The notes: a model not told the origin generated them from the letters alone. A DNA stretch of 64,000 nucleotides from Candidatus Enterousia sp. (GCA_045645725.1 JAZRJG010000021.1:965-64964); one strand, 5' to 3'. Positions 1-9,246 are shown, numbered from the stretch's first letter. Numbers and translations are program-made.

Positions 1-3
1 ACT

Positions 4-696
4 ATGGTTCAACATTTTTCCGAATTACGTCGTCGTGTATTGTGGGTGGGACTGATTTTTTTGCTTGCGTTTATTGGTGGGTGGTATGTGGCGCCAATGT
101 TACAGGTTTTGTTAACGCGTCCTTTGATGCAGGTTTGGGCGGATGGTGTATTGCTGTATTCGGGGTTAACAGATGGATTGATGATTCATTTTTCTTTGGC
201 GGCACTGTTTGCGATTGTGGTTATTATCCCTGTGGCGTTGTGGCATGTGTGGTGTTTTGTGGCCCCGGGGTTAAAGGTGGGGGAACGTAATTTTATTTGG
301 CCTGTGTTGGTTGCGTCGCCCGTATTATTTATTGTTGGTGCGGTGTTTGCGTTTTATTTCTTGTTTCCGATGACATTTCGATTTTTCTTAGAGTTAAATC
401 AGAGTGCGATGGTGCCAAGTGTTTTGTTGCCTGTGGCGCGTGACTATTTGTCATTTGCGATTGGTATGATGAAGGTTTTTGGTGTTGCATTTCAATTGCC
501 TTTGGTGATGGTTTTGTTAAATCGTATTGGGATTTTGCACAGAAGTCGTGCAATTAAAATGCGCAGATATGCGGTTGTGTTAATTGCGGTTGTGGCCGCA
601 GTATTAACACCACCGGATGTCGTTTCCCAGATTTTGTTGGCGGTGCCGATGTGGTTGTTGTTTGAAATCAGTATTTTATTCATGCGTCGTGACTGA
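4..696 (+). CDS. tatC: Sec-independent protein translocase TatC. The true N-terminus may lie just upstream of the window.
   Basis: The 230-aa ORF is polytopic. Its N-terminal ...SELRRRVLW... resembles the TatC consensus. Six hydrophobic segments are present. Confidence 0.85.
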   Translation: MVQHFSELRRRVLWVGLIFLLAFIGGWYVAPMLQVLLTRPLMQVWADGVLLYSGLTDGLMIHFSLAALFAIVVIIPVALWHVWCFVAPGLKVGERNFIWPVLVASPVLFIVGAVFAFYFLFPMTFRFFLELNQSAMVPSVLLPVARDYLSFAIGMMKVFGVAFQLPLVMVLLNRIGILHRSRAIKMRRYAVVLIAVVAAVLTPPDVVSQILLAVPMWLLFEISILFMRRD

Positions 697-710
697 TTTT
701 ATGATATAAT

Positions 711-1946
711 TTGTGTGTGAAAAAAATCTGGATGATTTTTATCGGGGTGTTGTGCACGCAAAGCGCGTGTGATTTGCAACCGAAAATTGTATCTTTGCCG
801 GACAGTGTTGGCGAATTTATTTCTGCGCGATATCCTGCTTTGTTGGCCGACCCAAATACTAATCCGGAAATTTATAATTCGGCGGCGACGGACTATGGTG
901 TATATGCATCGCCCGAATTGTATGGTTCAGATGCATCGGCCATAAATGACGATTATGTTATGTATGCCTCTGTTGATGATTACGTTGTTCCGCCACAGAT
1001 TGAAAATGTTGATGGGACAGGGGATGTGACAGAGGCCGATACCACAGAAGCCGTATCAGATGATAATAAAAGTCAGACGGATGATGTTTTAAGTGTACCT
1101 GTTTATGGTGGTGGTTTTGTTGAAACGGTTAATGTTGTAAAAGAACAACCGCTGAAGCAGGTTGATGTATTGCATGCAAAAAAGCCAACCGCCGGTGTTC
1201 GCAGTGCGGTAAAAGTTCCAATGAAAACCGTGACTGTTGCGACGGGTGATACATTGTATTCTGTGTCGCGCAAGTATTCTGTGCCGGTTAATGATTTGGC
1301 GGTTATGAATAATTTGTCTGCGCCGTTTAATTTGACGGTTGGTCAGAAATTACGTGTACCGGATTTGAAAACAGAGCAACAAAAAGTTGCAGTGGAAAAT
1401 GCGAAAAAAGACCAGAAACCCAGCGTGCAGACCAAAAAAACATCGCCGGAAAACGTTGCAAAGCATAATACAACAATAACCAAGCAAATGGGCACTGTTG
1501 CCAAGAAGGAGGTTAAGAAGATTTCTTCTAATCCAAAGAAAAAGTTGCCAACGATTGCGGCGCGTTCTTCGTCTAAATTTGAATGGCCGGTTCGTGGTCA
1601 GATATTGTCGCACTATGGGGCAAAGTCAAGTGGACTGTTTAATGATGGTATAAATATTGGTGCGGCGGTGGGTAAAAATGTTGTGGCGGCGGACAATGGT
1701 GTTGTCGCATATGCAGGTAATGAGGTTAAGGGTATGGGTAATTTGGTTATTATCCAACATTCGGGTGGTTGGATGACGGTTTATGCGCATATGGATTCTA
1801 TGGTGGTTCGTCGTGGAATGCGTGTAGGTGTTGGACAAAAAATAGGAACTGTTGGTAAAACAGGCAAAGTTGATGTGCCACAGTTACACTTTGAAATCAG
1901 AAAGGGTACAAAGGCATATAACCCTGCAAATTATTTAAAAAAGTAA
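711..1946 (+). CDS. LysM-domain M23 family metallopeptidase (NlpD-like murein hydrolase activator/peptidase)
   Basis: A LysM motif (TGDTLYSVSRKYSVPVNDLAVMNNL...GQKLRVP) is present. The C-terminal M23 region reads ...GINIGAAVGKNVVAADNGVV.YAG....GMGNLVIIQHSGGWMTVYAHM...QLHFEIRKG. The start is uncertain: TTG at 711 or ATG at 732. This gene immediately follows tatC. Confidence 0.85.
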   Translation: MCVKKIWMIFIGVLCTQSACDLQPKIVSLPDSVGEFISARYPALLADPNTNPEIYNSAATDYGVYASPELYGSDASAINDDYVMYASVDDYVVPPQIENVDGTGDVTEADTTEAVSDDNKSQTDDVLSVPVYGGGFVETVNVVKEQPLKQVDVLHAKKPTAGVRSAVKVPMKTVTVATGDTLYSVSRKYSVPVNDLAVMNNLSAPFNLTVGQKLRVPDLKTEQQKVAVENAKKDQKPSVQTKKTSPENVAKHNTTITKQMGTVAKKEVKKISSNPKKKLPTIAARSSSKFEWPVRGQILSHYGAKSSGLFNDGINIGAAVGKNVVAADNGVVAYAGNEVKGMGNLVIIQHSGGWMTVYAHMDSMVVRRGMRVGVGQKIGTVGKTGKVDVPQLHFEIRKGTKAYNPANYLKK

Positions 1947-1957
1947 AGGAGAAAGAA

Positions 1958-2119
1958 ATGATTCAAACGATTGTACGTGTGTTTATCTTGATTTGCGCGA
2001 TTGCGATGATGATTGTCGCGTTCCGTGAATTTAATATTTATGATAATGTATTGGATTTAATTAACTATATTGCCGATTGGTTCCATGGATTATTTAATCA
2101 CATAAAGTCATGGTTTTAA
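1958..2119 (+). CDS. small hydrophobic peptide (53 aa), hypothetical
   Basis: A strong RBS (AAGGAGAAAG) lies 7 nt upstream of ATG at 1958. The ORF MIQTIVRVFILICAIAMMIVAFREF... has one predicted TM helix. It is below the ORF-track size cutoff. Confidence 0.45.
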   Translation: MIQTIVRVFILICAIAMMIVAFREFNIYDNVLDLINYIADWFHGLFNHIKSWF

Positions 2120-2207
2120 TGCGGCAAATGCCGGATGATGGATTAAACTTGCTTTTTTTATAAAAAGGGATATAATTATGCCCGCTGATTAAATAAAAAG
2201 GGCTTTT

Positions 2208-2283
2208 GGATGCGTAGCTCAGTTGGTAGAGCAACTGACTCTTAATCAGTGGGTCCAGGGTTCGAGTCCCTGCGCGTCCACCA
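2208..2283 (+). tRNA. tRNA-Lys (anticodon CTT)
   Basis: The cloverleaf was read by eye. The acceptor stem is GGATGCG/CGCGTCC. The D-arm is TAGCTCAGTTGGTAGAGC. The anticodon stem is ACTGA/TCAGT with loop CTCTTAA. The T-arm is GGGTTCGAGTCCC. A terminal CCA is encoded. Confidence 0.85.
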
Positions 2284-2288
2284 GAAAT

Positions 2289-2317
2289 AAACGGTCAAAT
2301 TTTTGACCGTTTTTTTA
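2289..2317 (+). terminator. rho-independent terminator after tRNA-Lys
   Basis: An 11-bp stem (aaacggtcaaa/tttgaccgttt) is followed by a T7 run. Confidence 0.7.
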
Positions 2318-2463
2318 TTGCTTTCATATGAATAAAATCCCAGATTCTATGCGTATAGCACAGGTATTCATACCTATGTAAAATGGGTTGTTGTGTTGAT
2401 AGAATAGTAATGTAGGCATGAAACTTTTCATTCAAACAAAATGTATACAAAAAAGGAGAAAAA

Positions 2464-3078
2464 ATGAAAAAGTTAGTAGTATCGGCTTTGGCGGTTTTGG
2501 TTGCGTGTCCGGCATTTGCAGGCATCAATCATCCAAGTGAAGGCAGCAGCTGGCAAATGTGGGGATTGGACCCATATGTCGGTATGAGAGGTGGTATGAG
2601 CTATTCCAACCTGAACTATAAATACAATGGTCACAGAGAATCTATGACGGACTTTGTATTCCAAGGTCGTGCAGCGTTGGGGTTGGAAATGTGTGATACT
2701 GCACGTTCAGAAGTAGAATGGTCGTATTTTGGCAAAATGTCCGATTCTAAGGGCTTTGGTACGGGGGGAAATGTCGATGTAGAGGCAAAAATGCAGACCC
2801 TGTTGTGGAATAGTTATATGGAATTTGGTGACTATAAAATGATTCGCCCATTCGTCGGTGTTGGTGCGGGTATTGCCATGACAGAGGTTGAACGTCATGG
2901 ATATGAAACACCACGTCATCGCAAAGAAGAAACACGTTTTTCGGCCATGGGGACATTGGGTATGACCTTTGATATGGAAAGCTTTGCGGTTGATGTCGCA
3001 GCACGTTATACATATGTCGATATTAATTCCGGAATGCATAATTTTGCAGGTGATATCGGTGTCAGATTTATGTTCTAA
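2464..3078 (+). CDS. outer membrane beta-barrel protein (OmpA-like/Opa-like small porin family)
   Basis: The RBS is AAGGAGAAAAAATG. The signal peptide is MKKLVVSALAVLVACPAFA. Amphipathic beta strands alternate through the protein. The C-terminal ...DIGVRFMF ends in Phe. Confidence 0.7.
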   Translation: MKKLVVSALAVLVACPAFAGINHPSEGSSWQMWGLDPYVGMRGGMSYSNLNYKYNGHRESMTDFVFQGRAALGLEMCDTARSEVEWSYFGKMSDSKGFGTGGNVDVEAKMQTLLWNSYMEFGDYKMIRPFVGVGAGIAMTEVERHGYETPRHRKEETRFSAMGTLGMTFDMESFAVDVAARYTYVDINSGMHNFAGDIGVRFMF

Positions 3079-3083
3079 ACATA

Positions 3084-3111
3084 AAAAATCCCCCAAATGG
3101 GGGATTTTTTT
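3084..3111. terminator. bidirectional rho-independent terminator
   Basis: The stem is aaaaatccccc/gggggattttt, followed by a T-run. It sits between the convergent OMP gene and the minus-strand hypothetical gene. Confidence 0.75.
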
Positions 3112-3464
3112 CAGGTTAAATTTGCAAGTGCAAGTTTATTTAAAAATCCATCTTCAATTGAACTTAATAATGAATTAATGCCTTCGCTGTATTCATTGGT
3201 TTGTAATTCTTCCAGTAAGGATATAATGTTTGAACACATTTTTGGTAAATCATATTGGATTAATTTGCTGTTTAATACGTCTGATTTGAAAACAGATTTG
3301 TTGTTATTGGCCATAAAGTAATTTTCTGAAATTGCATCGACCCAATCATCTATTTCTTCGGTAAGACGATCATATAGCAAATGTTCGGCATAATTGTTTG
3401 TAGACCAATGTTTTATTTTGCATGCATATTTAAATGCAATTAAATGCTGTATCAGTTTGTACAT
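3111..3464 (-). CDS. hypothetical protein (117 aa)
   Basis: The ORF track gives 3111..3617. The plausible start is the internal ATG at 3464, which is preceded by AAGGAGAAAAAAAA. There is no signal peptide. Function unknown. Confidence 0.45.
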   Translation of the reverse strand: MYKLIQHLIAFKYACKIKHWSTNNYAEHLLYDRLTEEIDDWVDAISENYFMANNNKSVFKSDVLNSKLIQYDLPKMCSNIISLLEELQTNEYSEGINSLLSSIEDGFLNKLALANLT

Positions 3465-3658
3465 TTTTTTTCTCCTTTTGTTTATTTGGTTGTGTGTAAA
3501 TAAAATATCATAAATTATATTGCACCTATATAGGGATGAATTCATTGTCTGTACGCATTGTTTCTGGGGAAAATGGGTAAACATACCTGCGGTATTTGGT
3601 GTGGTTTTTTTGTACAATATTTGTATGGTTATCCAAGATACAATAAAGGAGAAATTAA

Positions 3659-4219
3659 ATGAAAAATATGTTCAAGAAAACTTTTTGTGCTGCATCTGTT
3701 TTTGCAATCGCTGGTGTGTTGGGTGGGTGTACAGTTGAATGTCCAAAAAAACGTGGCGTAATGCATCAGCCAAGACATCCGGAATATGTTCAACCGGTGG
3801 AAGTGATGGAATCTGATACAATTATTGTGTATCAAACATATGAAGATGCAGATGTTAATCATTTGTATGCAAAAATGTATACCCATAGTAGTCATGGTGG
3901 TGAATCAAAAATGGGTTATATTAAATTCCGTGAAACAGAAGATGGTTTAAAAATGATGGTTGATTTAAAGGATATGAGACCAAATGTTCCATATTCTGTA
4001 CGTTTGTATAAATGTGGGTCCTGTCATAATGATGTCAGATGTTGTAATGCGAACAAAGCAATGAATATAAAATTGCCAATCTTGAAAACGGGGGCAAGTG
4101 GTCATTTGAAGGAAACTTATATGATTCACGGGTTGGACGCATCAAGATTAGATGGTGCAAATGTATATCTGGAACGTGATGGTGGATATAAGGCGGGTTG
4201 GGGTAAATTAGAAAAATAA
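3659..4219 (+). CDS. lipoprotein with a Cu/Zn superoxide dismutase (SodC)-like fold that lacks the metal-ligand histidines
   Basis: The RBS is AAAGGAGAAATTAAATG. The lipobox is VLGGC. The segment GYIKFRETEDGLKMMVDLKDMRPNVPYSVRLYKCGSC aligns to SodC ...ITETDKGLEFSPDLKALPPGEHGFHIHAKGSC. The HGFHIH ligands are replaced. The alignment was done from memory. Confidence 0.5.
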   Translation: MKNMFKKTFCAASVFAIAGVLGGCTVECPKKRGVMHQPRHPEYVQPVEVMESDTIIVYQTYEDADVNHLYAKMYTHSSHGGESKMGYIKFRETEDGLKMMVDLKDMRPNVPYSVRLYKCGSCHNDVRCCNANKAMNIKLPILKTGASGHLKETYMIHGLDASRLDGANVYLERDGGYKAGWGKLEK

Positions 4220-4242
4220 TTCATTGTTTGTTTTTATATGTC

Positions 4243-4268
4243 GCCCCCAAAATTGGGGGCTTACTTTG
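4243..4268 (+). terminator. putative terminator
   Basis: The stem is gccccc/gggggc with loop aaaatt. The downstream T-run is weak. Confidence 0.45.
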
Positions 4269-4326
4269 TATTTGATATTGGTGTTTTGTTGCGTATAATT
4301 TAACGTATATTGAAAGGTTAGATTAT

Positions 4327-5868
4327 ATGAAGTTCTTTGTCACTGTATTATCTGTTTTGTTTTTTGGATGCGGGCCGGTATTGGGGATGGTTATTGATAA
4401 TGATATTGTGGGCGCGGCAAAAACATTTGATTCGGATGTTGTTGTTAATTCAGGTGTTACGATTAATGCTGAATATATAAAAGTGGCGGATTCTATGCGT
4501 ATAGATAATTTTGGTGTTATTAATTCCGATGTGTATTTGTGTGACAGGTGTGAATTAAGAATTACTAATTATGGGGTGGTTAATTCAGGATTTGTGTTGG
4601 GCGATGGGGCAAAAATTATTCAATATGTTGATGCAAATGACAGTATGAAACGAATCGATTTTAATGTGGATTATGATGTTGTTTTAGAATCGTCAGATGT
4701 AATGAATTTTGATGAAGTTATTGATTTTTCAAATGGTGCAAATACTTTATTTGTTCGTAATACTGTATTGAATTTGGATGAATTGCCGAATGATGTTGGA
4801 CGTTCTGTTCATTTTGGTACGGGGGTTGTTATTAATATTGGGGATTTAGACGTTGTTGGAAATGTTTTGGTCTTGGATAATGTTGTGACCGATAATGGAT
4901 TGCGATTTTATGGTGCAGGCGACAATCCTATGTATGTCAATCGTGGATATGTTCACGATGGTGGGCTGTATATAGAACGTGTACGTGAGACAGATTATGA
5001 TAAGGTTTTGGGCGGGAAGGTCGGTGCGTATATAAATTCGTTGCGTCGTGACAGTGCTGCGGCAGAGTTGATGGGGATGCTGGATTCTGCCACAGATATG
5101 GATGGAATTCATAAAATTATTGGCAAAACAGTTCGTATGAATCCGAATTTGTTAATGAATAAGATTGAAACATTGCATATGGCAGATATTTTGAATATGG
5201 ATATAGAAAATTATGGGGCGGGGTTGTCTTTGTTTGGCGCGGGTGATGCGGATATGATGGTTGTTGGCATTGGCGCAGGGTATAAGCATACGTATAATAA
5301 TAATTTGAAATTTGGAGTGGATTTACGTGTTGGAAAAATGCTGTATGCGTCGGATATAGATGAATTTGATGCAAATTTGTATATGGGGACTGTGATGGCG
5401 GAATATATGCCAATCGAAGATTTATTTGTGCGTGCGGGGATGGGGATTGTACGTTCGGATTTTGATATAGGGACCGTATTTTATGATAATCACGAGTTTG
5501 ATAATCCGACATCTGTGTCGGGGTATGCCGATATAGATGTCGGGTATAAATTTAATTTGAATAAATCTGTGTATGTTGCGCCAATTGTCGGTACAAATGC
5601 GCATTTTTATGAAATTGAAAACTATGCCGTGTCAGATGTTTTTCTGCATGCGGGTGGCGATGTTGGGTATTTGTTTGAATCTAATTCTGTTAAATATAAA
5701 TATTTAATCAGAGGGTATGTTAACAACGATGGGGTGCCATCTGTTATGGGGCGTGTCGGATTCTGGTCGGAAATGGATGGAATAGGTGGGCATTTACAGT
5801 TTGGTGGAATTCATATGTATGATACGACCAGTTATAACTTTACAATAAATGCCCAGATGGCATTCTGA
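4327..5868 (+). CDS. autotransporter-like outer membrane protein (type Va secretion). A short passenger is followed by a C-terminal beta-barrel.
   Basis: A signal peptide is present. The N-terminal region has Val/Asn/Asp-rich short repeats (VVNSG, VINSD, VVNSG). The C-terminal ~270 aa have alternating aromatic beta strands. The protein ends ...FTINAQMAF. Confidence 0.55.
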   Translation: MKFFVTVLSVLFFGCGPVLGMVIDNDIVGAAKTFDSDVVVNSGVTINAEYIKVADSMRIDNFGVINSDVYLCDRCELRITNYGVVNSGFVLGDGAKIIQYVDANDSMKRIDFNVDYDVVLESSDVMNFDEVIDFSNGANTLFVRNTVLNLDELPNDVGRSVHFGTGVVINIGDLDVVGNVLVLDNVVTDNGLRFYGAGDNPMYVNRGYVHDGGLYIERVRETDYDKVLGGKVGAYINSLRRDSAAAELMGMLDSATDMDGIHKIIGKTVRMNPNLLMNKIETLHMADILNMDIENYGAGLSLFGAGDADMMVVGIGAGYKHTYNNNLKFGVDLRVGKMLYASDIDEFDANLYMGTVMAEYMPIEDLFVRAGMGIVRSDFDIGTVFYDNHEFDNPTSVSGYADIDVGYKFNLNKSVYVAPIVGTNAHFYEIENYAVSDVFLHAGGDVGYLFESNSVKYKYLIRGYVNNDGVPSVMGRVGFWSEMDGIGGHLQFGGIHMYDTTSYNFTINAQMAF

Positions 5869-5870
5869 AC

Positions 5871-7181
5871 TTAATCAGAAAATTTACCGCGTAAAGATGC
5901 TTTGTTGGCATCAGAAATTTCGATATTTGCCAATTCGGGTGCGTTGTCACGGTATTCAACAATACATTGTTGCATAAAAGGTGTACGATATACCAAATGA
6001 CGTCCGGTTTTATCGGGGCCTTCTAAGAGACAGGATAATGTTTTGCCAATGCATCCCAAATTGAATTCGCGTTGAATTTCATTTAACAAAGAATCAAGTT
6101 TTGCCAAGCGTTCTGCTTTGATGTTTTCGGGTATTTGATTTGGCATTAATGCCGCCGCTGTATGTGGGCGTGGTGAATATTTGAACGAATATGAATTGAT
6201 ATAGCCGACTTGACGTGCGATGTTCATTGTTTCTTCAAAGTCGGAATCCGATTCGTCTGGGAACCCAACAATAAAGTCCGATGATATTTGTATGTCGGGA
6301 CGCGCGTTTCGCAGTTTGCGGATAATGTCATTGTATAATTCCAAACTGTACGGACGGTTCATTCGTTTTAATACGTTTTGAGAACCACTTTGGATTGGCA
6401 TATTTAAGAATGGCAATAATTTTGGTTCGGTTCTAAACATATCAATTAAGTCGTCGGTCATTTCGGTTGGGTAACTGGATGTAAAGCGTATACGCATGAT
6501 TTCTGGGATTTTTGCGGTTTCGCGTATTAAATCAGACAGACGATATTCTGTGCCATTTTCATCGGTGTATTTGTAACCGTTTACATTTTGACCCAAGAAA
6601 CATATTTCAATTGCGCCTGTTTTTGCGGCGTGAATTGTGTCGTGCATTACCGATTCGAATGAACGTGATAATTCACGGCCACGTGTGTATGGAACAATAC
6701 AGTATGTGCAGACATGGTTGCAACCTTCTTGGATTGGTATGTATGCAACACGTGGTGATTTTTCCATTTGTGGCAATTCATCGAATTTTTCCAGACCGCC
6801 TAAATCAATGTTCAATAATCGTGCGTCTGGATTTTCCAAAATTTGTGGTAATTTATGATATGATTGTGGACCCAATACAAAGTTCAGATCTGGGATGCGA
6901 CGAAATGCGGTTGCGCCGGCTTCACGTGCAACGCAACCAACAATGCCAAACAGGGCGGTTGGCTTTTTTGCACGACGAATGCGCCCCAATGCAGAAAATA
7001 CTTTATCGGTTGCTTTGGCGCGAACCGCACATGTGTTTAATATGATTATGTCGGCGTCGGATACTTGATCTGTTTGCGTTAAACCGTGATGCGTTAACAT
7101 CGCGGCAATGCGCCAGCCGTCGTAAACATTCATTTGGCATCCAAAGGTTTGGATAAAGAATTTTTTCTGTTTTGGTTGCAT
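5871..7181 (-). CDS. miaB: tRNA-i6A37 methylthiotransferase MiaB
   Basis: The N-terminal FFIQTFGCQMNVYDG is the MTTase domain. The radical-SAM motif is CNHVCTYCIVP. A C-terminal TRAM-like region is present. The protein is 436 aa. Confidence 0.9.
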   Translation of the reverse strand: MQPKQKKFFIQTFGCQMNVYDGWRIAAMLTHHGLTQTDQVSDADIIILNTCAVRAKATDKVFSALGRIRRAKKPTALFGIVGCVAREAGATAFRRIPDLNFVLGPQSYHKLPQILENPDARLLNIDLGGLEKFDELPQMEKSPRVAYIPIQEGCNHVCTYCIVPYTRGRELSRSFESVMHDTIHAAKTGAIEICFLGQNVNGYKYTDENGTEYRLSDLIRETAKIPEIMRIRFTSSYPTEMTDDLIDMFRTEPKLLPFLNMPIQSGSQNVLKRMNRPYSLELYNDIIRKLRNARPDIQISSDFIVGFPDESDSDFEETMNIARQVGYINSYSFKYSPRPHTAAALMPNQIPENIKAERLAKLDSLLNEIQREFNLGCIGKTLSCLLEGPDKTGRHLVYRTPFMQQCIVEYRDNAPELANIEISDANKASLRGKFSD

Positions 7182-7182
7182 T

Positions 7183-7389
7183 TTATTTGTTCTTGGTGTT
7201 TTGTGATTGTATGCGCAATTTTGTTTGCGCTTGTTTAATTCTGTATGCTTTGTGATATTGACGTATACGGTAGGATAATTGACGTTTGTCGATTTGACTG
7301 CGTGCTTCTGATACAGATATTTCGCGTAAGATTCTTTTTATATCTTCAAACATTTTATCTTGTCCGTTATGTGCAATTTCGTTAATCAT
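7183..7389 (-). CDS. small basic hypothetical protein (68 aa)
   Basis: The ORF lies between gatB and miaB on the same strand. It is Lys/Arg/Gln-rich. No recognised motif. Confidence 0.4.
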   Translation of the reverse strand: MINEIAHNGQDKMFEDIKRILREISVSEARSQIDKRQLSYRIRQYHKAYRIKQAQTKLRIQSQNTKNK

Positions 7390-7391
7390 AA

Positions 7392-7562
7392 TTATTTCTT
7401 TTTTGTTCTTTCACCACGAACTTTGGCGGTGTGTGCACGTTGTGCTTTTTTAAATGTGTCGTGCGCACGTTTTATTTCGATTGGTGTTTCAGGCATTTCA
7501 ACAGTTCCGTATTTTACGCCTGTGATAGAATTATCTTCAACTATTTTTATTACTTTTACCAT
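7392..7562 (-). CDS. small basic hypothetical protein (56 aa)
   Basis: The ORF is not in the track. A strong RBS (AAGGAGACAAAAT) precedes the ATG (minus strand, at 7562). The product is MVKVIKIVEDNSITGVKYGTVEMPETPIEIKRAHDTFKKAQRAHTAKVRGERTKKK. The stop abuts the next small ORF. Confidence 0.5.
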   Translation of the reverse strand: MVKVIKIVEDNSITGVKYGTVEMPETPIEIKRAHDTFKKAQRAHTAKVRGERTKKK

Positions 7563-7580
7563 TTTGTCTCCTTTTTTGTT

Positions 7581-9101
7581 TTATGCCAGTTTGTTTCTTA
7601 AAATTTCATTTACAACAGCCGGATTTGCGGTGCCACCGGTTTTTTTCATTACGTTGCCGACAAAGAAACCCAATAAACCCGTTTTGCCAGATTTGTATTG
7701 TTCGACTTGGGATGGATTTGCATTGATGACTTCGTCAACGATGGCTTCGATTGCGCCGGTGTCGGTCATTTGTTTCATGCCAAATTTGTCGGCGATGTCA
7801 CGTGGTGTGCCCGATTCGCCATCCAACATTTTGATAAATATTTCTTTGGCCTGTTTGCTGTTAATTGTGTTGTCGGAAATCATATCAACCAATTCGGCCA
7901 AATCTGATGGAGTGATGATGCGCATTTCATCAACGATGCCGGATTTTTCATTTAATACGTCCCAGTTTTCAGGATGGGCGAATAATTCTGATATCATCCA
8001 GTTTGCAACCGCTTTGGCACGTTTTGTGTCGCCGGCAACCGCTGTGTCATACCAATGGGATATGTCGGTTGTTTCGGTTAAACGTGCCGCGTCATAGTCA
8101 GACAGCCCGAATTCATGCGTATAGCGCGCGCGTGTCGCAGATGGTAATTCCGGCATTGTTTCACGGATGCGTTCTATTTGTTCGTCTGTTATTTCCAATG
8201 GTAACAAGTCCGGATCTGGGAAATAACGGTAATCCAATGCATCTTCTTTGCTGCGCATAACGGTTGTTGTGCCATCGCCTTGGTTAAAGTGCATTGTGTC
8301 TTGGGAAACGGTGCCACCGTTTTCATAGATTTCGATTTGACGACGTGCTTCAAATTCAATTGCAGTTTTAATAAATTTGAATGACACCATATTTTTTGTT
8401 TCTGTGCGTGTGCGGAATTTTGTGTCGCCAACCGGACGAACCGATACATTAACGTCGGCACGCATTGAACCTTCTTCCATGTTTGCTTTGGAAACGCCCA
8501 ATGCACGTGCGATTTCGCGAATTTCGCGCAGGTAACGTTCGGCTTCATCGGGTGATGAAATGTACGAACGGTTTTCAGGATCTTTGGTGTCCAAATATGT
8601 TACAATTTCCAACAATCCGACACTGGTTCGATTATAATCTGCAAAGGATTTTGTTGGATGTACATCGTGTTTTAATTTGCCGGCGTCTTGTTCCAAGTGT
8701 GCGCGTTCAATTAAGATTTTCTTTGGTTTGCCGTCATCGCCCATAATTTCAACCCAACCACGTCCAACAATTGGTGGTTCGTCGGCCGGTTGTGAAATTT
8801 GATAACCTTGGGGCAGGTCAGGGTATGAATATTGTTTACGGGCAAAACGACTGATGCGGGAAATTTCTGCGTTCAGCCCCAGACCCATTTTTATGGCTTG
8901 GTCAACGCAAAAATTGTTTAATACCGGTAACATACCAGGCATTGCAACGTCAACCATAGATACTTGGGTGTTGGGGGATACCGATGGGTTGTAATCTGCG
9001 GATGCGCCACTGAAAACTTTGGATTTAGACAGGACTTGGATATGTGTTTCCAAACCAATTACCAATTCCCAATCACATGTTTTGCCTTTTATCGTAAACA
9101 T
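7581..9101 (-). CDS. gatB: Asp-tRNA(Asn)/Glu-tRNA(Gln) amidotransferase subunit B
   Basis: The 506-aa product has the N-terminal WELVIGLETHIQVLSKSKVFSGASADY...PGMLPVLN. The C-terminal YqeY-like tail ...GKTGLLGFFVGNVMKKTGG is present. Confidence 0.95.
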   Translation of the reverse strand: MFTIKGKTCDWELVIGLETHIQVLSKSKVFSGASADYNPSVSPNTQVSMVDVAMPGMLPVLNNFCVDQAIKMGLGLNAEISRISRFARKQYSYPDLPQGYQISQPADEPPIVGRGWVEIMGDDGKPKKILIERAHLEQDAGKLKHDVHPTKSFADYNRTSVGLLEIVTYLDTKDPENRSYISSPDEAERYLREIREIARALGVSKANMEEGSMRADVNVSVRPVGDTKFRTRTETKNMVSFKFIKTAIEFEARRQIEIYENGGTVSQDTMHFNQGDGTTTVMRSKEDALDYRYFPDPDLLPLEITDEQIERIRETMPELPSATRARYTHEFGLSDYDAARLTETTDISHWYDTAVAGDTKRAKAVANWMISELFAHPENWDVLNEKSGIVDEMRIITPSDLAELVDMISDNTINSKQAKEIFIKMLDGESGTPRDIADKFGMKQMTDTGAIEAIVDEVINANPSQVEQYKSGKTGLLGFFVGNVMKKTGGTANPAVVNEILRNKLA

Positions 9102-9156
9102 TTTTTCTTTTTCCCTTGCTTTTTTGTTTTTTGTATCTTATTATTGCTTTCGCGTT

Positions 9157-9232
9157 GGCTAGGTAGCTCAGTTGGTAGAGCAAGGGACTGAAAATCCCTG
9201 TGTCGGCGGTTCGATTCCGTCCCTAGCCACCA
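9157..9232 (+). tRNA. tRNA-Phe (anticodon GAA), antisense to and between gatB and gatA
   Basis: The acceptor stem is GGCTAGG/CCTAGCC. The D-arm is TAGCTCAGTTGGTAGAGC. The anticodon stem is AGGGA/TCCCT with loop CTGAAAA. The T-arm is GGTTCGATTCC. A terminal CCA is encoded. Confidence 0.85.
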
Positions 9233-9246
9233 TCTCCTTTCTGATT

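Noticed and set aside
3111-3617. Full 168-aa minus ORF as annotated in the track
   Set aside because: The upstream 51 codons lack an RBS. An internal ATG at 3464 has a strong AAGGAGA RBS, so the shorter 117-aa product is preferred.
6512-7045. 177-aa plus-strand ORF
   Set aside because: It lies entirely antisense within miaB. miaB has clear radical-SAM motifs. The antisense ORF has no RBS and low-complexity Arg/Cys content typical of antisense frames.
7360-8097. 245-aa plus-strand ORF overlapping the gatB 3' region
   Set aside because: It is antisense to well-supported gatB and to the small ORFs. The hydrophobic translation is a frame artefact.
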